Shown here piece by piece: positions 12,301 through 24,300 of a DNA stretch of 64,000 bases (positions within the stretch are counted from its first letter, which is position 1; the number at the start of each line of letters is the position of its first letter). The stretch comes from Mytilus trossulus. Taxonomy: Eukaryota. A program made the translations under genes and the position numbers. The stretch lies in NCBI RefSeq assembly GCF_036588685.1, contig NC_086380.1, positions 26,226,001 to 26,290,000 on the forward strand, read 5' to 3'. Under the pieces are notes generated by a model. It did no database searches, was not told the origin of the DNA, and saw only the letters and a list, made by a program, of their open reading frames with translations.

Positions 12301-15300
12301 TACTTATCAACACAACTTCCGGATATGTACTTATTTTTATTTTTTTTGGAATAAAATGTGTATCCTATTAAATAAGCTTCATGTTGGTGAGCATATAGTT
12401 ACTTTAAACCACTTAGTAGTAGGATATAAAATGGAAGAGGACTCATTAAATGATATTAATTATCTCTTAACAGACATTTTATTCACTCTACACAAATGCA
12501 ATTGTGTTTCAAATAATAAGATAAATCAAGTTAATGTTTATGAAATATTCAAACAAGAATATAAATATAGATATTATCTGATGGAGTATAAAAATAAAAC
12601 AATAAGTAAGCTGCTTAAAAATATTCAAAAATATATGTAATTGAAATGTATACCAACGGGGTTAAATTTAATAGCTATGCTAGACTTTATATTGTATATG
12701 TATATTTTGTGAAAATGAAAAGCTATGCTAGACTTTATATAATACATACTGTAGTGTTTGGTTTTTCATTTTTTGTATGTTTAAACAAACTAAACAAGAC
12801 ACTTTATTTATTATACTATTTAAAAACTAAAATGATTATAATTCAACACTGATTTGTTTTGTACCAAATATCATCAAGTAATTGTGTGTATGTTGGTATC
12901 AAATCACATGTTAAAACCTTTATTCTTTCTATAATATTTCCAGAAACATTTAATCTGTTTCTCTTTAGATACATTTATTTTGTTTCTATGACAAAATTGA
13001 TAAAGAATAGTATATAACACTTACCAAACAAGTGTTATCGAATCCAACAATGTATTTTCACAACAAACATGCACTAGCTTTCGGACAATGATTTGTAACT
13101 AACCCAGCACAAAAGGTCAAGTACAAATAATTGCGTCAAAGATTATAAACATGGGAAAAGAAATACAAATTCGGAAGGCAAATTCATTTTCCGTAAACAT
13201 GTGATTTATACTATGAAATTTTATTCTTCATATTTATACACTGTATTTAAAAGAATGTATATGTTATATATATAATTAACACTTTAATACTTTAGTTTAC
13301 TTTACTGAACTTTTCCCCTGGAAATTCAGTAACTAATTTCAGGGATACTCGGACTAACGCTGTAATCCGAGTAAATTGTTAAAACAGCAAATATATAATA
13401 AAAGATATTTACTTGGGGAAAAAAAGAAAATATTCTTACTATACGCGTTAATAAAAACAGTTGAAGCAGGTTATATTTTAGGCATATGAAAGTATTCGTA
13501 CGTATTCATTTGAATTCATTTAACATGTATTTTACAGAGCAGTAGTTGAAAATGTGACTCCTAACACTTGCACTGTTTATATTTGGTTAAAAACGGAATT
13601 TAAATTATGCCAAGCTTTGATATAAGTAATGACATTTTTCAATAATGAAAACAATCAAATCTGAAATAGATAGTTTAAAGATTGATTTATTTAGATCAAG
13701 AGAGAAAGATAAGGAACATTGAAATGCTTAAACGGAAATAAGAACGTTAAGTATTTGCTGTCTCAGTGCTTATTGACAATCGATACTACACGTACGTGTT
13801 TGGTGTTTAATATATATACAAATAATATGATGTGGTATGATAGATAATAATACAACTATGCACCAAAGTTCAAACTCATCAGAGATACTTAATTTTTACA
13901 AAAGTAAACAATCACTGGTAAATTATTGAGTTAGGGATTTCGTAACCATTTTTACATTTTTTAAAACATTTACTAAATTCATTCATAAATACAAAGATAT
14001 GAGATGTGAAATTTGCTGTACCTAAAAAAATAAACTTGTTTAAAACGGAATTTCACATGCTGAAATACACGGGAACATTGTACTAAAACCAAGGAAATTA
14101 CTATGTGATCTAAGTACACTCATCGAATCTTTAAAATATTATCTAATTCATTTTGAAATAAGATCTTTCAATATTGTTTACATGGCCACTAACATCGATT
14201 TTGTCAAAGAAAAACAAAACTATGATTTCTTTCGATTTTCTTTTTCGGGGAGGGTTATAAATACAGAATCACGCTCATTTTCTATTTAGAGATTGCTTTA
14301 GTTACATATATCATGATACATATCTATTATTAGATAGCATCTATTAGATCCTTCTGTCTATCCATACTTTTATGTTGTCAAAACTTCTTTGACTGTCCAT
14401 AGCTAAATTCCTAGGATGTGTTTGAGTTGTTATTAGTCTCTAGTTTCGTATGGTTGTTTATTGTATTTGGCTTTTAACTTTTAGTAGCTGCGATTACTCT
14501 TAAATTGTACTTTCGTGTTTATTAGTTCTGTTGTAATACATTAATGTAATCCCATAATTAAGTCTACGCCAAGTTTTCTTATTGAAACTCTTCATATATC
14601 TTTTTATTACTACCCGTACGGTCTATGTTATATAGGCACCAACATTTTTTTAATATTGTTTTAAATTGTGTCATTGATTAATTTGTTTCGTTAATAGTCT
14701 GTTTACGTCTTTTTGTTTAAATGTCTATTTGAGGAGACTCGCGGATAAACAAAAATCACCAAACATTGAAACATTTGGGTTTTTTCATTACAAATTTTAT
14801 TTATTGCACTATTAGTTAGTAATTAATTACATGGTACAAAAATCAATTCATTCTAGTCCCAAGTGAATTTTAAAACATTTATGTCATTGAAAAAGCTCCA
14901 AATTATATCTCTCTTGAGAAAAAAAAAACTTTTTTCATTAAATTTAAAATAAATTTTAAAACTCATCGATGACCCATATTTGTAATTATTTTTTTGCAAA
15001 AAAACTGTACTTAAATTAAACTATTATAAATATTAAGCGATTTCTGTAATTTAGTTCTTTTTTATTTTCGATAATTCTTTTTTTTCTCCTAATAGTTCAA
15101 CAGAAAAAAAAATCTCAATAAAAATGCATACTTATTTCGAGGAAAATTGTGAGCTTAAATTAACCCCGTATCTTTATTTCTTTTTTCCCTTTAGAATAGG
15201 ATAAAATTTATTTATAGAAAAAATTCACAAAATCCTATAGATTTTAGATTTTATTTTATTTAAAGTGCAACCTGATACAATATACATAAAATTACAATTA

Positions 15301-18300
15301 CATTTCAATACATTAGCAATAGTATACCATATCGGCCAGCCTTTAGAGGCTTATGAAGCACTAACAATATTCATACAAGATTATAAACATACAAAGAATA
15401 TATATTAACTCGATTATTCATTCTGAGATCTGAGGTTGTTTTAAGTTTTTATAAAAATATTTCTCTCTTTTTTAGTGTTTGTTCTTTTACACCATTGCAT
15501 AAGTGGTGGTTTTAATATGTTAATTGTGAAATTCTCATTTAAAATAGATCTGTAATAATATAAATATGTATTTACAAATTATATAAAAAAAAATAGTTAT
15601 ACCCGCGAGCCTCCTTAATCCATTTCTTTTGCTATTTTATAGTTAGTCTTTTACATTTGTAATGGGACACTACTGTCTAAGGGCGAAGATCTTTTTTTTT
15701 ACAGACAAGACCGTTGGTTTCCTGCTTGAATTGTTTTACACTAGTCATGTTAATGCCCTTTATAGCGAGCGGTTTAGCGAGCGTAATGGCTCCGTGTTTA
15801 AGGCCGTACTTTGACATATACTTTTTATTTTTATACATTGTGACCTTGACAAAATATTGTATCATTGACAATACACCAAATCTTCTAATATATATTTTTT
15901 TAATTGAATCAATATATTTGTATATTATTAACAATTCCTGACGTGTCCAAGTAAAATTTATAATTATGAACATATTTTAAAATGATAAATCAAGTCAACA
16001 CAGAAGTGCCGACTACTTGGCTGGTACTACCTTCGGGGAATTAAAAACTACACCAGCAGTGGCATCGACCCTTTGGTTGTAAAATAAACATATTATAGAT
16101 ACCAGAGTTGACATTTTATATTAAAGCCAAACACGCGTTAAATGAAGGGTAATATTTTAGGTGCATTTACATGATTATATATCTAAATCATGATTGTTAA
16201 ATAAGTTAATCGTTATCAAATATCACAAAAACGTTCGTTTCCAACTATTTTCGAAAAGCATGACAAGAAAATTTTAATATGACGTGCTTCTTTCGCTTTG
16301 TAAACAACACTGTGATAAAATTCTCGATATATCTTTACTTAGCGCAGACTCCGAGATGTACATAATAATAGTTGTTACAATATACTTCCCACATAAACCC
16401 ACATGTATTGAAACCTATTTGCAAACCCTTTGCCGATTTTATTGTTTAAAAAATTGCAACTAAAAAAGACACTTTTATTCTTATTCGGATGCATAATAAA
16501 CAGAAGTAATTTAATGCACAAGAGCTCGGAGAAACAAACAAAAGAAATAAAAATAAAATAAAATTCCGCGAAAGTTTATTTATGTTTTTGCGCTATTAAA
16601 GTCATTTCAAAACATGACGTCATACAAATGAAAACGCTAGAGTTGCAAGTTTTCTGTTACGTGAACCATTTAATGTCGTTTACTATTGTATTAAAATTGA
16701 TTCTCAAGGTAGGTTTTGTTTGATTTTCTATTCTATCGCATTATTCGCATAACTACTGATTTCAGCAAGTCAACATGGCGGCTCCTTAGTTACGAAATGT
16801 CAACTTTGGATTTGACGGTAGCTTTCGAGAAAAACATGTGAATTTAAATGGCAATTGTTGGTTTTGAAAATGAAACAGATTTTTGTTCGGCTGTTGTTCA
16901 TGAAATAATCAATGCAAGCTACGGATTTTATTAGAATGTTCGAGCTTTATCTAACAGGGAGTAAAAAAGAAAAGCTACACTCGCAGCATACCCACCCTCG
17001 CTACAGTTGTTTTAATGATCAGATTTGTCCTATTAGAATCGAAACAATTCATGGAAGGCATAGATAATTGGAAATTTATACATGGCCTGGGCCGTGATAT
17101 TCGTTAATTTTATCCATCGCTTACGCTCAGAATAAATTCGAATATCACGGCCTAGGCCAATAATCTATTACTAAATCGAACAATACCAATTTCACTGCAC
17201 AGGCGCGAATTTCGAAAACTAACGTCTTTTCATCAATGATCGATGTAGAATTTGAAAAATTTGAAAACAAAGTTGAAGGGCTTATACACCATAATGGAAC
17301 TTAATAATAATCATAACCGGAAAAAACGAATAAGAGCTGAGCATAATGATAGTATATTCCTGAACATAATCGTATCACCACGAGTTTACAACAGCTCATT
17401 TCAACTATACAATATCTTTATAACAGAACCGAGTTTTTTGTTCTTCGGCTAGTGATTTCATTACGGACTAACAGTATTATTTGTGATGTAGCTCTTTTCC
17501 ATCTTTTCAAACCAGTAAGATCTGAACCTTTACATGAAGAAAAGAGGAGATTCCTTCCTGTTGATTTTGCCAATAGAGGAATCGATGCAATCAATATCTG
17601 CAACGTTCTACATCACAAGGAGGTAACATCTAAAATTCCTATTTATTTTCAAAATCAGTATGTTCCTATTGTATCCTACAGTTACACCAAAACTATTGCA
17701 CCTAAAATATATAACTATAAACAGGCATTGCAGGACCTTGACTTAGAACAATACCTTAAAAACCCTCAGACATGTGACTGTTCCCACTCGCCTTATAATT
17801 ACAGCCCCTCTGGTCATGTTATAACTGGGGATCTAAATATAATTCAACATGAAAATCTCCGAAAGGTGATTTCTCATGGTCCTAAGTTTAGAGAACCCCA
17901 ACACATCAATTGGAACCATAACTTCAAAATAATTATGGATTCTATTAAGGACTACTCCAGAGCATGGGCTTAGCGAGAAGAAGTTGAACTGGACACTTTG
18001 TCAGAATGGGTTAAAACTATCGGTTTCTGATAAAACGTCGCATTCACAAGTTGAAAAACTGTGTGAACGATCGACCAAAGTCCGTTTTCAGAGACAAAGA
18101 GGTCATGAAATGTCTATCAACTCTTCATGATAAGTATGTTGTTGTTCCTGCGGACAAATCTTCAAATAATATTGTCTTTGTATGTAAATCGTATTACTAC
18201 GAATGTCTTGAAAAAGAATTGGGTATAACGGAGCACTCAGGTAATCCCACATACAAAGACATATCATTTGACAAGGATGAGATTTTAGCAAATCATAAGT

Positions 18301-21300
18301 CCTTCATGGCTTCAATAAACATTACATTGAACACCAAATCGGAGGACTTACCTTGTTTGTATTGGATACCAAAGCATTAAATTCCGTACAAACAACGGTA
18401 TATTGGTGGCTCATCTTCATGTTCCACTAAAGAATTGTCTATTAGATTGACTAAAATTCTGTCCGCAGTGAAAGAGGGTCTTCAGAAATACTGTGAAACT
18501 GTTTACTCGCGTAGTGGTATTAACCATATGTGGATTTTTAAAAATTCTAAAGAACTTCTAGACAATTTCAAATCTCGGTCTCTTTCTGAAATAAGTTCCA
18601 TCAAAACTTTTGATTTTTCAACCCTGTATACCACCATTCCCCATGTAAAATTGAAAAATCGCCTAAAAGAAATTATCCACATTGCCTTTCAACATAAAAA
18701 TTGTAGCATACGCTATAAATTTATTACTTTGGGATTTCATAAAGCAAATTCGTTAATAGTGACAAACAAAAAGGTAAATCATAAACGTATACAATCAAAT
18801 GCATCGATTCCTCTATTGGCAAAATCAACAGGAAGGAATCTCCTCTTTTCTTCATGTAAAGGTTCAGATCTTACTGGTTTGAAAAGACGGAAAAGAGCTA
18901 CATCACAAGTCAGGAATATGACAGTTGTTACCCATTCGTTTGATGTGTTTGGACTTTTGATTTTTGATTTTCCTTTTTGAATTTTCCTCGGAGTTCGGTA
19001 TTTTTGTGTTTTTACTTTTTATGCTACACAGAAGAACAAGTAGTCAGTATGCTGGAGTTTCTTATCGACAACATATTTGTTGAGTTTGGAGGTAGACTTT
19101 TCCAACAAGTTGTCGGCATTCCTATGGGAACAAACTGTGCGCCTCTTCTTTCCGACCTCTTCTTATTTTCATATGAATCGGAGTTTCTCCAGACACTTGT
19201 CAAAAACAAAAAGATCAAAGAAGCCAGATTATTTAATTTCACTTTCAGATATATTGATTATGTTCTTTCCTTAAACAATCCGAACTTTTCTGATTGGGTT
19301 CCATTAATATATCCCCCAGAACTCGAGATTAAAGAAACAACAGACACGGCTTCCTCCGCCTCATTTCTAGACCTTTATCTCGAATTTGACTTACACAGTC
19401 ATCACAGTACCAGAATCTATGACAAACGAGACGATTTTAATTTCGAAATTATAAATTTCCCCCACCTTAGTAGCAATATACCAACTTCACCTGCATATGG
19501 GATATATATTTCCCAACTTATTCGATAGTCAAGAGCTTGCAGCTCCTACTCAGACTTTGTGAAACTTCATCAGTGTCTGAGTAGAAAGTTGATGAACCAG
19601 GGGTATGTCAAAGAACGTCTCGTCCTTTTTCTAAAAAAGTTCATCGGAAGGTACCAAGACCTTGTTGATAAATATTCCGTATCAACTTCTCAAATGATAC
19701 ACGATGGTCTTGATGTATAGATTCTGCGTACTGATGTTGTGTATCATTTTAACAACATGTTTTATTGTTCTTTTATTTGTTTTTGTTCTATTATTAAGAT
19801 TACTTTTACTATTGAATGGTTGTATGTGATATCCGTTTGACGTGGCTCGGTACTCATACATATCGTCAAAGTGTTTGTATTGGCTTTCATTTTTTGATGA
19901 TTTGTTTTGTATATGTGACTCTTTGTATTTCTTTTGTGCTTATAACGTGACTCTGTACTTTAAAAGATCCCGTTAGTATGATATTTGTCTATAATATGTC
20001 ATTATGATATATTTCTATTATGAATTACTATATACGTTGAACCACAAACGTCAAAATCAATCAATGGCGTAGTGGAATTAACATTTTTTGGATTCTCATA
20101 AATTCTATGTATAACTTTTGGACTAGTTTGAATCTCGGTCTATTTCTGTAATTTATTCTTACATACTTTTGTTTTTTTAACCCTGTATGCGTACATTGCC
20201 TATGAAAATTCTAAAATTGTTTGTATGCACATTGAACGACAAATTTATGTGACGTATATAAATTTTCTGACGTCAGACACTCAAATCAATCCATGTGTTC
20301 GTAGATTGTAGATGTTATTGTGTCCTGTTAAATTGTTCCTTTTAAAAGTTTTGGATTCTGATAAATTCTATGTATTACTTTTGGACTAGTTTGAATCTCG
20401 GTCTATTTCTGTAATTTATTCTCACATACTTTAGATTTTTTAACCCTGTATGCGTTCATTGCATATGTAAATTTTAAAATTGTTTATAATCCTGGTACTT
20501 TTGATAACTATTGTATGCACATTGAACGACAAATTTATGTGACGTATATAATTTTTCTGACGTCAGACACTCAAATCAATCCATTTGTTCGAAAATAGTA
20601 GATGTTTTTGTGTCCTGTTAAATTGTTCCTTTTAAAATTTTTATACGATGATGACTGATGTACCCATATTTTGACTATTTTATTAATTGTGACTGTTTAT
20701 TTAACGCATCATGTAAATGTAGCGGAATTTGATGAGACTGTTATTAAAGTGAGAGGGTTAGCGCTATAGAACCAGGTTTAATCCACCATTTTCTACATTT
20801 GAAAATGCCTGTTCCAAGTCAGGAATATGACAGTTCTTGTCCATTTGTTTTTGATGCGTTTTGATTTTGCCATGTGATTATGGACTTTCCAAATTGATTT
20901 TCCTCTGAGTTCGGTATTTTTGTGATTTTACTTTTTTCAAAAGAACACAAATTGACCCATTGGTGGTTATAGCATTAACCATAAAAGTTTTATTACACAA
21001 GCTTTGCATTTTGCAATATAATTTGTCTAAGGTGATGTACGTGGTCAAAATATTTTACAAAAGTAATTCTATATTTGTATAGAGTTTTTCTTTCTATTAT
21101 CTTTTATGTGAATATATGATAAATGGAGAATAATACATGGCAACATCCGTATCATATGTCGTATCATCCTGATACACCAAAACCAGCCCAAGGGCATTTA
21201 GGCCCGAGGGATGATATTGGTCGAGGGTGATACGGCATGTAATACGGATTTTGCCATGTTTAATATGCTTTATCATATATTTCAACAGTAGAGTATTATA

Positions 21301-24300
21301 TTGAATTAACTGTTTTCTAATCCATAGCACTTGGTTACCTTCAGTTCTATTTTTGTCTTGTTTTGAAAGCCTTAAAAGAGCTGCTCAATTACTTATCCAA
21401 GGCACCTGGGTTACCTTACAATTCGCGGGTTGTTGTTTTTAAAAATTTTGTTTATTTTTGTATTTTTTGGTGTGTTTTGTATTTTTTATAGTTGCGTTTA
21501 GTGTGTAAAAAGATATGAAAATTTGACGTTCGTGACTTCACATGTACGTACCAAATAATGACCTCATTAAATAAATTTCGTCTTGCCTGAATGATCGTTC
21601 TATTGGAACTCTTTTTATGAAAAATATTTCTTAAGCTTACATAGATAAAAACTGACTTTTATAGAAAAAAGTAGGGGGTATGATAATAGGTATGCGATAA
21701 AGGGTGCGCATCAAAGTTGCGCGAAATGGATTAAACAGCAGGCTTTTTATCAAATATTTAAAACTACTGTATTTACCATGTTTACTACTAAACATATGAT
21801 AAAATAGTATAATTTGAATAAGAGCTTCTTACTATTGCATGGGCTCCAACTTCCATCTTCAATATTGATATTGCATTTCTTAATATCGATACCATCTGTA
21901 CTTTGGGTAGATGATGACTGGTCTTTTGTCCCCCACAGTAATCTACGCATTAAACTGGTTTTCCCGACTCCATTTTTACCAATAATAATAACTCTTGCAA
22001 AATAATGTTTTCCACACTCTTCATTTTGAAAGAGTTCATGTATATCCGTGTGTATATCTTCATGTGTTGATGACAGTAGGGGCTCTTGAAACAAAATTAA
22101 AGAGAACAAAAATTTTGAACAAGGAACTCATTTTTTAATCTTTCAGCTTTAAACGTTCACTTAAAATGAACAAAAAACGTAATGCGATTTGCTAGACTGA
22201 GTCCTCTTTTCAAACTTATTTAGTTGGGTTTTTTTTTTGGAAGTTCACCGTAAAATTATCATGTTGTTCTGAAGATTATTTACATTTCTCTAGTAATTGT
22301 GTTTATGAATTGATGCTGTTCTGATGGCGTTGTGTACTTAGTATAATGATGATTCAGAATTTATATTTTTATTGCAACACTATATTATGATTATAACCAA
22401 TAATATATACCGTCATTTTCTTTTTCATTCAGCTGTACAGGTAGACTTTCCACGGCGCCAATTATGTTACTAGCCTTGCATTTGTATATATCGTATTGAA
22501 GTTCATCAGATGTCTCAAAAATAACTGTCCTCAGTCCTTTGCCGTTCGATTCCAAACTTGACTTTGTGTCCACAAATTCGTTATTCAAAAGAAGTCTACA
22601 CCATCCAGCAGACGTAAGTGGTAAATAAGATCGAACATAACATTTCAATACAGTTGTTTTTCCTCCTTGATCATATGTAATAGTTTCTTGAGAAAGAATT
22701 GTTGGTAAGACTAAAAAGCAAATAAACATTTTAGTTCATTCTGTAAGTTTTGTTTTTAAAATATATAAAAATGAGAAGAGACTTTTCCAAAAGTCACATG
22801 AAAGTTTAAATAACATGATATAAAGATTATAATTAAACATGCTGCCAGTTCCACTTACATAGTATGAATTAAGTGTCAGTCATTTCCTTTCACAATGTTT
22901 ATCCCCTAATTATCACATTAGTTGTAAAATATAAAACAAATGTAATAATATCTTTTTACGCAATTTAGATTGTTGTTTTGCATAATTTGAAAGAGGATTG
23001 CTGCTCAGTAGGAAGCTATTAAACCAAAAGTTCCAAATAGAGAAGTTGAAATCATCTCTTCGTAAATTTTACAGACGCCGTCAAGAGTTGGTTGACCGTT
23101 ATGGAATAATCGTTTCACATATGATATCGGGTATGTTCATTATGTCGTAGCTCCAATACCTTTCCCTTTTCACGAATTTTACCTACGAATTAGACTATTT
23201 ATCGGATTTACAAAAACAGAAGCAACACGACTATGGAGCAGGTTCTGCCTACTCTTCCGGAGCACCTGAGATCACCCGAAGTTTTTGTGGGGTCTGTTGT
23301 GCTTTTGTCTTTTGTTTTCTATGTTTTAGCCATGGCGTTGTCAGTTTATTTCCAATCTGTGCGTTTGACTGTCCCTCTAGTATCTTTTGTTCCTCTTTTG
23401 TAAGTCAGAGTATTCTGTTACATCGAACTATACTGGACTGTACTTCCTATACCAACTATGAAAAATACATTTGGACATCTCTCAAAATGTACAGCTTATG
23501 CGTATTTTAGTTTATTATAGTAGTGATAAAATAAGGAACTTACCAAAGACATAACACTTCAACGATGTAATTATGATAATGGCAATATAAACTGAAATAT
23601 AAAATGGTAATCAAATATGAGTATAAAAGAGGGACAAAAGATACGAAAGGGACAGTCAAACTCATCAATCGAAAACAAACTGACAACGCCATGGCTAAAA
23701 ATGAAAAGGACAAACAGAAAAAACAATAGTACACATGTCACAACATAGAAAACTAATGTATAAACAACACGAACCCCACCAAAAACTAGGGGTGATATCG
23801 GGTGCTCCGGAAGGGTAAGCCGATCCTGCTCTTCATGTGGCACCCGTCGTGTTGCTTATGTGATTACAGTAGGTCACATTCACTATCCATAATAAACTAC
23901 CATTTTCCATTTTTAGATGGCAACGTTCCAAAAATTCAAAACAATTGTGCCATATGCGGATATAGTCATAGGGTCTTGGCATCGGAAATACACACATTTA
24001 TTCTAAAACCTGTTGTTGGCGTGACACGGGTTATGTTTTTTTATATATATTTTATGATAGTGTGATACTAAACCCCTGGAGCTGGCATATCAGTAACTGC
24101 TAGTTGTCATTTGTTAATATATGTACAATTGTCATTTATTCTGCATTGGCTAGAGGAATAGGGGAATGTTTAGATATAAAAAAAACATGTTTAAGTATCG
24201 ATGCATTTTTTCGTCTGACCCAAATCAGGGACGTTTGGCCTTTGATAATATCATTTTTTTTTTGTATTCGTTAATTTATATTGGTTTGGGTTCATGTTCA

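Noticed and set aside
18435-18980. 181-aa ORF as an independent gene
   Set aside because: PLE RT fragment reading into the inverted insert.
5142-22084. Naming the Roco gene LRRK2, DAPK1 or MFHAS1
   Set aside because: No LRR, kinase, ankyrin or death domain; orthology is unsupported.
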